Below, in pieces: positions 43,552-53,098 of a stretch of 64,000 nucleotides of DNA. The position numbers were made by a program, and so were the translations under genes. The notes under the pieces were generated by a model. The model was not told the origin of the DNA. It saw nothing but the letters and a program-made list of their open reading frames with translations, and made no database searches. Where the stretch lies: IMG/VR virus record IMGVR_UViG_3300027777_000023, positions 96,001-160,000 of that record; one strand, written 5' to 3'. Position 1 is the stretch's first letter. The number at the start of each line of letters is the position of its first letter. The stretch comes from a virus.

Positions 43552-45897
43552 TTATTCTGGCTCAGTCATTAGTACGTAAGCAGTCTTTTGTGTGCCGTCA
43601 ACACACACGCTGATCTGCTGGAAAGAAACTTGCTTGCCTTGCGGAGGCGTCAAATCAGCGTAGCCTCCGTCCGATGTTGTGATGGTTACATTTTCGCCGT
43701 CCATTTTTACAGAAAATCCTGACGGTGATGTTACCTCCATTGTACCATTACTGCCATCCAGATTGACATAACCGCCACCTGCACCGGTTGCATTAATTTC
43801 TCCTCGTTCAGCATCCAGTGTCACTACGTTCCCGCCAGTATTAGTTACAGTGATCTTGCCGTTTTCCGCATCCAGCAGTATGGTATTGTTTGCATCTGCT
43901 ATTGTCAACCTAGGTCCAGTGGCGTCGTAGTGAAATTTGTTATAACCGTTAGCTGTCTCAAATATTATATCCTTGGTGTTGATATCTGCACGAAAATACG
44001 TACCATCCCCATATCCTTCCGTCTCGTTTAACTGAATTGCACCGCATTCTACTGTTGAAGAATTGTTGTAATCATCACTCAAGTGAACTTTTTCAGGTCT
44101 CAAATACAATTTACAGGTGTCGTCGTTAGCCTGTATGCCGGCATCAGGCGTTATTAAAAGTCCATAGCTGGTGACCTGCATCATGACTGTGTAATCGGTC
44201 TCACTGCAGCCAGTAGGCAGAATACTATCTGTGTATATAGTATGCATGCGCATCTTTTTCTCACACATATGTATATACGGAGGGCATCGTATGTTTTCGC
44301 AGCAAGGCCGTGGCGGAATTTCGATCATATCCACAAACAACGATTTAAGTGTTAGCGATCCACATCCAACACCTCCACCTCCACCTCCACCACCACCACC
44401 TCCACCTCCACCACCACCGCCAGATACCAGCGAAAGCACACCACCACTTAAACTTAATTGGAGTCCTCCATCAATATTTACTACACTCGTACTTACAGCA
44501 CTCACAGCGCATCCCACGCTGCCCAGATCAAAGTTCATATCATCGAGCTTTATCTTGAGTGACTGGCTACATGCTCCGTCTGACCTAGGGGCACCACCAC
44601 CACTAAAACTAACTGTACCTCCAAGCGCCTGAGACTGTCCTCTGTTATTTAGCTTAACTGTAACTGTCCCCGGGTCCAATTCAGCAGACATACCCATAGA
44701 ACCACAACCAGAAAAGTCTGCACCGCCAGATAATTCAATTCCACATAAAGCGCCATCGCTATTTGCTTTTGCAGAAAGCTTTAGATTATTTTTTTTAACG
44801 ATAGGTCCAGTAAGATTAACTCCACCTGTTACCTCGATACCGGAGCAGCCTGAAAACTCCAGATCTCCACCAAGCGAAAGACCGCAACCACTACTTACAG
44901 GCGTTAACTGTAAGGTGTTCTTTTTTACAATATTTCCTCTTATATTTAAACTGTTGTTGGCTGTTACTTCCTGACAACCATTTATCTCCCAATCTCCGTC
45001 AATACTAAATCCGCAGTTTGGTGTAGTGTTGACGTTTATTGTTTGAGAAGATTTTTTAACTGCTGTGCCGTGTATGTTTAAATTTGCTGCCGCCGTGAAA
45101 CTGGCGCAAGCATCGATATCCAGCAAGCCCTGGATGGATAGTGCGCAGTCTGGTGTAGAGTTTGGCGTAACCTTCCAGTCACTTTTTTTAATGCTTTGTC
45201 CCTGTGTTGTGACAGAGATCTTGGCATCAAAACTTTCACATGCGTCAAATTTTTGAAGTGCAATGAGTCCGCCTAGTGTGATTCCGCAATCTGGTGCCGA
45301 TGTGGACCTAAGCGTTATATTAGAGGCCGAGCTTATACCCTCACCAAACACTATATTTGAGACTGCTGAAAATGTCTCACAGGCATCCACATTAATATTA
45401 CCTATCAGCACAGTTCCACAGTCAGGAGCACTCGACGGTGTCAAGGTTAATGAACCTTCAGCCGCACCATTAAAAGTTACAGTGCTGGAACTTGTGAAGG
45501 TCTCACATGCATTAACCGCCAATAATCCGGACAATGTGATGCCGCAGTCACCTAGACCTGAATCTCCGGTCGTGGGACCTTTAGGAGATAGCACCAAATA
45601 ACTATTTTTAGTGGCGTTTGTTGTCTGTATGTTTACATCGGCCGAAAGATGCTCGCACGCCAAAAATTTAAGGTTGGGTGGATTGTATACCGGAGGTAAT
45701 GGTATTACATCAGGAAAAGAAACGCTGCATGCCTCAAGCAAAGGCAACAAAGGTTTGACAGGTATGCTTAAAGTTGACGGTGGAGGTAAAGCACAACTAG
45801 CTGGTTGGTCAGCAGGAAGTACAGGAACATACTCAGCAGAAAATTCGGAACTATCACCACCCAGGTGTATTGTAGTTGGGTCTATTTTTGGCGCCAT
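43552..45897 (-). CDS. Cys-repeat structural protein with Gly17 linker and C-terminal beta-repeat (spike/fibre-like)
   Basis: Seven ~42-45 aa repeats PDCG..L.G...AC; 17 consecutive Gly codons at 44371-44421; C-terminal strand repeats ILLDAENGKITV/VTLDAERGEINA/VNLDGSNGTMEV. Confidence 0.6.
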   Translation of the reverse strand: MAPKIDPTTIHLGGDSSEFSAEYVPVLPADQPASCALPPPSTLSIPVKPLLPLLEACSVSFPDVIPLPPVYNPPNLKFLACEHLSADVNIQTTNATKNSYLVLSPKGPTTGDSGLGDCGITLSGLLAVNACETFTSSSTVTFNGAAEGSLTLTPSSAPDCGTVLIGNINVDACETFSAVSNIVFGEGISSASNITLRSTSAPDCGITLGGLIALQKFDACESFDAKISVTTQGQSIKKSDWKVTPNSTPDCALSIQGLLDIDACASFTAAANLNIHGTAVKKSSQTINVNTTPNCGFSIDGDWEINGCQEVTANNSLNIRGNIVKKNTLQLTPVSSGCGLSLGGDLEFSGCSGIEVTGGVNLTGPIVKKNNLKLSAKANSDGALCGIELSGGADFSGCGSMGMSAELDPGTVTVKLNNRGQSQALGGTVSFSGGGAPRSDGACSQSLKIKLDDMNFDLGSVGCAVSAVSTSVVNIDGGLQLSLSGGVLSLVSGGGGGGGGGGGGGGGGGVGCGSLTLKSLFVDMIEIPPRPCCENIRCPPYIHMCEKKMRMHTIYTDSILPTGCSETDYTVMMQVTSYGLLITPDAGIQANDDTCKLYLRPEKVHLSDDYNNSSTVECGAIQLNETEGYGDGTYFRADINTKDIIFETANGYNKFHYDATGPRLTIADANNTILLDAENGKITVTNTGGNVVTLDAERGEINATGAGGGYVNLDGSNGTMEVTSPSGFSVKMDGENVTITTSDGGYADLTPPQGKQVSFQQISVCVDGTQKTAYVLMTEPE

Positions 45898-46241
45898 TAA
45901 AGCATTCTATTAAATACCAGATAGAAAAACAATATCAAAGGTGCAGACACCAATGCGACAACCAATTGAGGAGCCACACACAGACCCGCAACTAATCCTA
46001 ACCAAAAGCTCAAACAAACAGGACAACAAATTAACCTAACAAAAAAACTATCTCGATAGTATTCATACAAAAAATCTGTATAGGTGCCAGCATATCCCTC
46101 ACCGTGCAGCTTATTGTACTCTGATATGTGTAGAATGCGTGACATACCACACAAAGTTATATATTCTGTAAACGCATTAGTGCGCAACCACACCAACAAA
46201 AAATAACCTAGAGCAAGGGATATGCAGACGAGCTCAAACAT
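45897..46241 (-). CDS. Small membrane protein with CPxC motif (DUF1360-like)
   Basis: ATG at 46241; RLICCPVCLSFWLG. Confidence 0.6.
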   Translation of the reverse strand: MFELVCISLALGYFLLVWLRTNAFTEYITLCGMSRILHISEYNKLHGEGYAGTYTDFLYEYYRDSFFVRLICCPVCLSFWLGLVAGLCVAPQLVVALVSAPLILFFYLVFNRML

Positions 46242-46242
46242 A

Positions 46243-46503
46243 TTAAACCTGTGATTGTTCGTTAGTGTTTTCCATTTCAGTAATTCGCTTTTCAAGCTCA
46301 ACCAATAAGTTTCGTTGAGCAATGGTGGCAATACGCATGTTTTGTAGGTTGTTGACCTGCTCACTAAATTTGCGAATATTTTCTTCCTGCTCTTTCAGGT
46401 TGGTTTCAGCCTGGCGAAGACCGTCAGCGATTAAAAGCAAGGATACATGCTTAGACTCAGTTTCGGTTTCGGTCACAATGGGTAATTCTACTCGTTCACT
46501 CAT
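46243..46503 (-). CDS. Coiled-coil hypothetical protein
   Basis: 86 aa heptad-rich ORF. Confidence 0.7.
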   Translation of the reverse strand: MSERVELPIVTETETESKHVSLLLIADGLRQAETNLKEQEENIRKFSEQVNNLQNMRIATIAQRNLLVELEKRITEMENTNEQSQV

Positions 46504-46521
46504 AATTTTATCGGTTTAGTT

Positions 46522-46680
46522 TTATTCTAGTGCGTCGTTTTCGGTTAGCAAATCTTTTATCTCGGCCTGGATTCTTTTTACTTCTTCGTTATGGGCTTTG
46601 ACAGTATCCCGTTTGTTCTTCTTGGCAATTTCAAGTTCAACCACAAGGTTGTAGATTTTTTCTTCTTTAGTTGTTTCCAT
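46522..46680 (-). CDS. Small coiled-coil protein (52 aa; not in ORF track)
   Basis: METTKEEKIYNLVVELEIAKKNKRDTVKAHNEEVKRIQAEIKDLLTENDALE*; upstream TTGCGT-N16-TATAGT. Confidence 0.65.
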   Translation of the reverse strand: METTKEEKIYNLVVELEIAKKNKRDTVKAHNEEVKRIQAEIKDLLTENDALE

Positions 46681-46772
46681 GTTTACTGCGCTAAGTTGTT
46701 CTTGTTGATCGGTTGAGTACCTAGCGTTATATCACTATAACATTTCTAAAAAGGTACGCAACAATTTTTAAC

Positions 46773-46808
46773 AAAAAAAGAGGTGCGACGAATAAACATC
46801 GCACCTCT
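46773..46808 (-). terminator. Intrinsic terminator (minus strand)
   Basis: AGAGGTGCG/CGCACCTCT stem plus T7. Confidence 0.85.
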
Positions 46809-46837
46809 CTTATAACTAGACTGATTTAACCTGATGG

Positions 46838-47506
46838 TTAGGATTGCAACGCAGCCAACTGCGCGGTGGTCAACGCCGCACGCTGAGTGGTCGTCAAGGC
46901 CGCCACCTGAGTGGTCGACAATGCAAAGAGCTGTGCCGTAGCAAGGACGCTGAGATCGCTTGTTGTGATAGCTGCAACTTCTGCGGTGCTGAATGCTGCG
47001 ATTGTGCTGGTAGCAAGCGCGACGGCCTGCGTTGTTGTGATCGTGGTGACGTTTTGTTTAGCTACCTGCACTTCTGCATCAGCAGCTGCTACTGTGGAGG
47101 ATGCGAGTACAACTGTGAACAGTTCTCCTTCGCCAGAGTTATCTCCAGTGGTGGAACCTACACGACCTGTGCCGCGCACGTATTCAATAATATAGCTAAG
47201 TTCTACCGTACCAGTGACACCGGTAGGAATTTTTAGCGTGAACGGACTGTTCTTGTCAGAGCCAGGATATACATCAAGAACCGCAGGAGCTTGAGGATCG
47301 TGGGCGACTACAGTTGCACGAATAATGCTCTTGGAAGGAACGTCGCTGAACACGATGGAATCTCCCAACGCATAGTCTGTGGGAGAGATAACTCCATAGG
47401 ATACCTGAAGCTTTTCATAACGCGAACTCAATAGTCCGCTAATGTCATAGCCGCCGTTTGTGCGGTCCGTATCTACTGCTACTTTTTTTACTTTAATTGT
47501 TGCCAT
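46838..47506 (-). CDS. Probable structural protein with C-terminal (L)TTxQxAAL repeats
   Basis: AQLFALSTTQVAALTTTQRAALTTAQLAAL. Confidence 0.75.
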   Translation of the reverse strand: MATIKVKKVAVDTDRTNGGYDISGLLSSRYEKLQVSYGVISPTDYALGDSIVFSDVPSKSIIRATVVAHDPQAPAVLDVYPGSDKNSPFTLKIPTGVTGTVELSYIIEYVRGTGRVGSTTGDNSGEGELFTVVLASSTVAAADAEVQVAKQNVTTITTTQAVALATSTIAAFSTAEVAAITTSDLSVLATAQLFALSTTQVAALTTTQRAALTTAQLAALQS

Positions 47507-47657
47507 AATAATTTTCTATTTTTTGTTTGTTGTTTACTGCATATAGCAATAGGCACCCAAGCCGCAACAGGAACTTTTGGTAAATTCCCAGAGGATCGTT
47601 GATCTACTCCATCGCTACGTTAATTATTGTCTATAGTTCTAGGTTAGGCAAGACAAA

Positions 47658-48062
47658 TTATATCCATTCTGGGAAAGATACTCGATTTGGTCTGGGCTCA
47701 AGCCGATAGTCAATAAATAGCTCTTCATCTTTTCTTATATCTCTGTTAGCGATTATCTTATGCATTGTTAGCTTCCAATCGCAGTTGGGTTCTCTTGAGT
47801 GGTTGATATAGCTGAACTTGCTATACTTATCGCTAGTGATGCACTCTTCATCATTCAGCATCACGTACGGATTTTTACGAATTTGCTCCTCAGTCAAATC
47901 AACATATCTTGTTTTGTACCAATCTTTTGGAAACATTCTGTAGTCTATCACTAGATCATCTTTGCTTATGTCTTTTGCAGCAAATAAACCAAACCCAGCC
48001 ACAGGGCTATGTTTCACATAGGTGAAAGGTGCATCATCGTTGTCTATGATTATCTCGTTCAT
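47658..48062 (-). CDS. SET-domain protein (lysine methyltransferase fold)
   Basis: SPVAGFGLFAAKDI; YINHSREPNC; IANRDIRKDEELFIDY. Confidence 0.92.
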   Translation of the reverse strand: MNEIIIDNDDAPFTYVKHSPVAGFGLFAAKDISKDDLVIDYRMFPKDWYKTRYVDLTEEQIRKNPYVMLNDEECITSDKYSKFSYINHSREPNCDWKLTMHKIIANRDIRKDEELFIDYRLEPRPNRVSFPEWI

Positions 48063-48721
48063 TAGTCTTTAATTAGTAGGCTATAGAGTTTGTCTATCTC
48101 GTCTCCTTTATACTGCACACGATTAGCGTTGTAGATTTGCTCTCCCCATGCAGCTTTAATTGCTCCGTCAGAGATGCCTAGATCATGAAGGATGCCGTAC
48201 AATTTAACCTGAGAATTTCTAATCATTAAGATAAACAACTGTTTGTCAGGAAGAAACAAAATACGACCACTCTGACCTGTACGAGCCTCAGGATTGATAT
48301 GTGCTTCAGGGATACCGTCTTGACGAATCCTTGAGTATATTCCAGGAAGAAGTCTTTGCTGATTTACGCTTTCGTATTCTGAGCCATTATAAATAACAGT
48401 ATTATGATTAGTAACATATGGTATGTGAGCTATAGTGGTGCTCTTACTTTCCAGAACTTTACCAGAATTTTTGTGTACCAGGTCTATGGTTCCTTTCAAA
48501 GCTACCGTGAGATCCTTTTTATCTAGTACAGCTTGTTTCTGGTGTGTGGTCGTGATATGAGGCAAATCCATCTTCAGATCTCGTACCTGAAGCTTGTGGT
48601 CCGTTGTTTCGATAGCGTTTATTTTTTTACCGAACGCAGCGACTGCTGTATCAAACAGCATATGCCTCAACTTCTCAGGATCGAAAAACGATCTTGTATT
48701 TTCTGGAGGTTTGCTTTGCAT
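48062..48721 (-). CDS. rpoB: RNA polymerase beta subunit, N-terminal fragment
   Basis: IAHIPYVTNHNTVIYNGSEYESVNQQRLLPGIY corresponds to [33 protein letters not shown]. Confidence 0.85.
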   Translation of the reverse strand: MQSKPPENTRSFFDPEKLRHMLFDTAVAAFGKKINAIETTDHKLQVRDLKMDLPHITTTHQKQAVLDKKDLTVALKGTIDLVHKNSGKVLESKSTTIAHIPYVTNHNTVIYNGSEYESVNQQRLLPGIYSRIRQDGIPEAHINPEARTGQSGRILFLPDKQLFILMIRNSQVKLYGILHDLGISDGAIKAAWGEQIYNANRVQYKGDEIDKLYSLLIKD

Positions 48722-48722
48722 T

Positions 48723-50549
48723 TTAATCTTTTAACAATCTTTCCAAATAGGCTTTGTTTTGCTTGTCCTCGAGCATCTTTTGCATCTCAGGATATTTTGA
48801 AGTAATTTCAACTTCTTTCTCACTGGGTTTGCTTTCTGCCCTACCTTCTTCCTCAGCTTTATCAAGGACCTTGTTGATTGCTCTGGTTTGAATGGCTTTG
48901 GACACTGCGTCAGCTACTCCCGCCTCTTTGAGAGAAGCAAACTTGGCGTCACTGAGAGAGTTCACATCTCCAAGTCTGTTAAAGAAAGCTGGCGTGCGCC
49001 CTTGTCCTCCTCCACCAACATTGATGTTGATGTTTTGACCTTGTCCTCCTGAGCCACGATTACGATCTCTGGTCATTAGATAGGCTAGTAAGGCGGCACC
49101 TCCAAGAGGAAGCAGATTATTACCCAGCGCATTATCTCCCAACAGTCCTGTACCTACCGCTTTAACGCTATCGTTAGCTTTGCCCAGTGCTCCGGCGACA
49201 CCATGATAAGCCTTGGAAAGTGTATTGTACGCTTCTGGAAAATTATGATGTAATACACCTTTAACGAATCCACGATCAGCTACATCGTGAGTTAAATCAA
49301 TACCGCCACTGACAGTATTGCCTACTATTTTTGCTGCGTCTCCAACAGCGCCCTCAGCTTTAGCGACCACATCACCTACCGGTCCAGGCAGTGTAGTTTT
49401 TGCTTGTTGTTGGTAGTCTGCAGTGCTTGTAGGTATTTTAAATGTTTGGCCCAAGACTGTGACTTCTCTTCCGGGCATAGAAGGATCTTGGGATATTCCT
49501 CCAATATTGAACAACTGTTTGCGTTTTTCTTCATCGGCTGCTTGTTGATTTTGCAACTTTATGGCTTGCTGCAGTCCTGGAGGCAACGCCGTTGAGGTTG
49601 GGGTTGGGGTCGAGGTTGAGGGTGCGGCAACAGTGGTAGTAGGTCTAGTAGGTGCTGTGGGAGTACTCAACGGCTGCTGTGCCTGTGACGAAGTATAAGG
49701 ACTTCTAGGATTAGCGTTAGGGAAAGTTGCAGCCAAGTATTCATTATTTGGGTCAAATGTGGGAAATGTTGGGGGTGTTACTTTGGTGTAACCTTGCCCT
49801 GTCGACCTCAGAGGATCATACCCAGCAGCTGTGGCTTTTGCCTGTGCGGCTTGATTTGCATTGTAGTCGGCCATTTGTCGTTGATACTTTGGAAAGTGAT
49901 CTAGAGTAAATTTTCGCGCTTCCTGAAATTTAGCGTTGTGCTGCCTAAAAGCTTCCTTTTTTTCAGCCATAAAATCATCCATTTGCTGTGGATTGCCGGT
50001 ACGCCTCAATGCGTTTTCAGCTTTGCCATAGTAATCAGTTAATTCATTGTCTCGAGCACGAGCGGCAATATCTACACGATTTACAACGTCTCCGTGAGTT
50101 CTTTGTCGAGAAAAAAGGTCAGGACTGTCAAAAAATCCAGTATGTAGTTGGTCTGCGCGCATATCTTCTGGTGGTGCAGTTGGTGATGCAGCTAGAGGCG
50201 CAGTTATAGGCAGGGTTGGTGGTCGGGTTGGAGGTATTTTAACTGCAGTATCTTTTAGCATATCAAGACCCTGATCCATGTAATCTTTTTTCCTCTTAGC
50301 CTCGCGCGTTATTTTGGTTGCAATAGTCTCAGGAGCAACCTGAGCCGCAGGCATAGCCTCTGGTGAGGGAAATGAAGGTTTGGGTATAGCGGTTGGTTCT
50401 AACGGCGTGGACCATGACGGGACGGCTGAAAATCTGCGCTGCTGCTCACGCTCCCGATCTTCCAACTGTTGGAAATAATCTGGGGATTTTGCTTGTTTTT
50501 CAAGACCATCATTAACGCCTTTTTCAAGTTCAGTAAAATCTAATTGCAT
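48723..50549 (-). CDS. Putative internal virion protein (K-x-A motifs, Pro/Thr/Gln-rich)
   Basis: GVNDGLEKQAK; AKFASLKEAG; hydrophobic LLPLGGAALLAYL. Confidence 0.7.
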   Translation of the reverse strand: MQLDFTELEKGVNDGLEKQAKSPDYFQQLEDREREQQRRFSAVPSWSTPLEPTAIPKPSFPSPEAMPAAQVAPETIATKITREAKRKKDYMDQGLDMLKDTAVKIPPTRPPTLPITAPLAASPTAPPEDMRADQLHTGFFDSPDLFSRQRTHGDVVNRVDIAARARDNELTDYYGKAENALRRTGNPQQMDDFMAEKKEAFRQHNAKFQEARKFTLDHFPKYQRQMADYNANQAAQAKATAAGYDPLRSTGQGYTKVTPPTFPTFDPNNEYLAATFPNANPRSPYTSSQAQQPLSTPTAPTRPTTTVAAPSTSTPTPTSTALPPGLQQAIKLQNQQAADEEKRKQLFNIGGISQDPSMPGREVTVLGQTFKIPTSTADYQQQAKTTLPGPVGDVVAKAEGAVGDAAKIVGNTVSGGIDLTHDVADRGFVKGVLHHNFPEAYNTLSKAYHGVAGALGKANDSVKAVGTGLLGDNALGNNLLPLGGAALLAYLMTRDRNRGSGGQGQNININVGGGGQGRTPAFFNRLGDVNSLSDAKFASLKEAGVADAVSKAIQTRAINKVLDKAEEEGRAESKPSEKEVEITSKYPEMQKMLEDKQNKAYLERLLKD

Positions 50550-50550
50550 A

Positions 50551-51822
50551 TTAGTGATATGGTTGAAGCTCTACGCGTGTGGGTAATTGACCTTCCATGA
50601 ACTCGTCAGGACGTTCACGCATCTTCTTGCGCAAGAGATATGTAAGATAGGCTGATCCTGCGCTGGTTCCTAGCAATCCTGTTGCAGCATAGTCTGCGGC
50701 AGGAGTAAACGGTCTCATTGCTTGATGTGCGGCAGCATCTGCCAATCGGGCAATAGATCCGCTTTCGATAGGTACATCTTCTTTTCTGGATGCGGTCTTA
50801 CCAAAAATAGTGTCATGAGCAACTCCACTACAGAACGCGTCCACACAAGGAGTTTCAGATTCTGCAGAGCCTGTCTTTATTCTTGAAAGCAGATCAATAT
50901 ACTCTTTTTGTGCAGTCATGAGTTCTTTTTGGATATGCTCTTTCTGCTTATAGTAAAAGTCTTTTTTAGCGTCTCTGAATCCCTCCTGTCCTCCAACCAG
51001 CATGCGCACAGGATGATTTGCAATACTTCCAACAGCTCGCTGAAACATTCCAGGAGGAACATCATCAAGAGATTCGGCTTTTTTTGATTTAAGTTTTTTA
51101 TGAAACTCGAGGTCTGTCAGCATGTCTGCTTTTGTGCTATCCGAGCTCATCAAGTTCTCTTGATCTTTTTCTTTTGTGTACTTGTCAAAAGCATGCCCAG
51201 CACTCAGCCCTGCGAGAGGAAGCATCAGAGCTTTCAATTTACCAGGTACAGCTTTTCCAAGCATCATACCAGCTGCGCTTCCAGCATACTTACCAGCATT
51301 TCTTTTTAAATGCTCTTTTATCCCTGGATTTTTCTCCATTTCAAAAATGTGCTCTTTGCGCCCGTCGGGACGTTCAATAGTTTTGCTATACTGCATACCT
51401 CCATGGCCTGGACCAGCATCTAGTACAGAACCTAGCATTCCTCCAGCAATCATCGAGGGCAATCCACCAATAGAGCCGGCGACCATACCAGCGTTTCGTC
51501 CGATGTTTCTTTTGAACCCTTCTCCAGTATGCTCTTCTGAGCTGGTGGTTTTTGTGTGTTCATAGCTGCCGTCAGGATGTTCCACGATAGAGTATGTGGA
51601 GCGCGCTGCAGCAACTTTCTGAGGCATGAGGTTTTCTGGAATAGGAATTCGAAGCACTTTCTCATCTTCTGTGTTATAGGCTTTCCTCGCTTCTAGACTT
51701 CTGCGAAGCTCTTGTTCTTTGGCCAGCTGCAAAGCGCTAAACAAACTCCCGCCAAAAACCTGAGAGGCCTCGTAGTTTTCTTCTGGAGTTAGTGGAATTT
51801 GAGTGAGTGCTTTCTTGTTCAT
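50551..51822 (-). CDS. Putative internal virion protein (K-x-A motifs, glycine zippers)
   Basis: QKVAA, KKAE, GKTAS; duplicated KRN(I/A)G(R/K)xAG segments. Confidence 0.7.
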   Translation of the reverse strand: MNKKALTQIPLTPEENYEASQVFGGSLFSALQLAKEQELRRSLEARKAYNTEDEKVLRIPIPENLMPQKVAAARSTYSIVEHPDGSYEHTKTTSSEEHTGEGFKRNIGRNAGMVAGSIGGLPSMIAGGMLGSVLDAGPGHGGMQYSKTIERPDGRKEHIFEMEKNPGIKEHLKRNAGKYAGSAAGMMLGKAVPGKLKALMLPLAGLSAGHAFDKYTKEKDQENLMSSDSTKADMLTDLEFHKKLKSKKAESLDDVPPGMFQRAVGSIANHPVRMLVGGQEGFRDAKKDFYYKQKEHIQKELMTAQKEYIDLLSRIKTGSAESETPCVDAFCSGVAHDTIFGKTASRKEDVPIESGSIARLADAAAHQAMRPFTPAADYAATGLLGTSAGSAYLTYLLRKKMRERPDEFMEGQLPTRVELQPYH

Positions 51823-51823
51823 G

Positions 51824-52204
51824 TTAATCTTTCTTTTCTTCTTTTGTACCGTAGATGATAAATACTCTAAAGCTTCCCTGCGGGGTCCAGGTGTCTTTCC
51901 AGAGAGTGATCATATACTTTTTGTTATTCATTAATTCGTTAAGCATGTCCTGATCTTTCTGCTGTTCAGGATCAAGAATGATGTTCTTGAATGTGAACGC
52001 ACTCATGTCTTGCGCTCTGGGACGCTTTTTAATTCCTTTTGCTGTTTCAAAAGCGTCAATGACTGCCTCAGGATCAAATCCTTTGTTGGTTACCTCATTG
52101 CGCACATTGCGAGGCGTGACTGAAGCGAGCAAGTCTGCTGCGCTAGAGCCAAAGTCAAAATGTTCTGTTTCTCTTGGTTCAATTCCTTTGTTAAGTAAGT
52201 CCAT
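51824..52204 (-). CDS. Hypothetical protein (126 aa)
   Basis: ATG ORF within a tightly packed operon. Confidence 0.7.
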   Translation of the reverse strand: MDLLNKGIEPRETEHFDFGSSAADLLASVTPRNVRNEVTNKGFDPEAVIDAFETAKGIKKRPRAQDMSAFTFKNIILDPEQQKDQDMLNELMNNKKYMITLWKDTWTPQGSFRVFIIYGTKEEKKD

Positions 52205-52721
52205 GTTCTCGTTTAAGGTTGGCTGTTATACGTCTTACTAGAGTAACCTTCTCACGCTCACGTTCAAGAGCTTTATTAAGTCCTTCAACAGATTTATCCA
52301 TTTCGTCGAGCCCAAGACCCGCAAGAGCACCACCAGCAAGCGATCCTTTGAATGCTAGCTCTGGAAGATCTCTCAATGCACTGCCTAGCGAGCCAGCGAT
52401 CATTCCTCCAGCTGTGCCGCCAAGCATAGCTCCAACAGGAACTCCGGCCACTCCTCCAAGCATACCTCCACCGGCTGCGCCCGCAAGAGAACCAAGAGCA
52501 GTGCCTGTAATTCCTCCTACGTTTAAATTTTTAGCTGATCCACCGTCAGCAGCTGAAGCATTTTTTACAAGAGAACCCACCGTAGACGCAATCTTATACA
52601 CAGCTTCTCCATTGTTGATGTTTTGCAGTGCTGTCTCTAGCTCCTCTAGAGAAGATCCAATCTTTTCCAGTTCCATAGCCAATTCGTTTTTGATGGCCTG
52701 TGCGTATTTTGATAGTTCCAT
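52191..52721 (-). CDS. Glycine-zipper K-x-A protein
   Basis: SKYAQ, YKIAS, VKNAS; GSLAGAAGGGMLGGVAGVPVGAMLGG. Confidence 0.75.
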   Translation of the reverse strand: MELSKYAQAIKNELAMELEKIGSSLEELETALQNINNGEAVYKIASTVGSLVKNASAADGGSAKNLNVGGITGTALGSLAGAAGGGMLGGVAGVPVGAMLGGTAGGMIAGSLGSALRDLPELAFKGSLAGGALAGLGLDEMDKSVEGLNKALEREREKVTLVRRITANLKREHGLT

Positions 52722-52724
52722 AAA

Positions 52725-53096
52725 TTATTGTTTGACGTGAATCATTCCTGTGCTTGGATCGTATTCTGTAAATTTTCTCTTGTGCAGACTATTGTATATT
52801 ATATTGCCAACACCAAAGCCCGCCAAGCTCAATAGTGTTCTGGCGTGTTTTGGAAGTTCTGCGTACTTTGCGACCACATGCATCATAGCCATTCCAGCAG
52901 TACCCGCAATAAGATGGTCAAAAACCTCAGGACTTTTAATCAAGCTGAACAACGACTGCTTTTTTTGTTGATCTAGTGCGTGATCCTGTCCAACTAGTTT
53001 GAGCAATGAGCTTGCTGTGAAAGTGGGTGGAGCGTCCACGTCATATCCTTTTGGTAGGATACTAAACATGTCAGATGAGCCGATAGACATACTCAT
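52725..53096 (-). CDS. Small membrane-associated protein
   Basis: Two hydrophobic helices. Confidence 0.7.
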   Translation of the reverse strand: MSMSIGSSDMFSILPKGYDVDAPPTFTASSLLKLVGQDHALDQQKKQSLFSLIKSPEVFDHLIAGTAGMAMMHVVAKYAELPKHARTLLSLAGFGVGNIIYNSLHKRKFTEYDPSTGMIHVKQ

Positions 53097-53098
53097 AA

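Noticed and set aside
47590-47625. Fluoride riboswitch (AGCGATGGAGT resembles its 5' end)
   Set aside because: Lacks the TTCGCC and downstream pseudoknot elements; downstream gene is unrelated.
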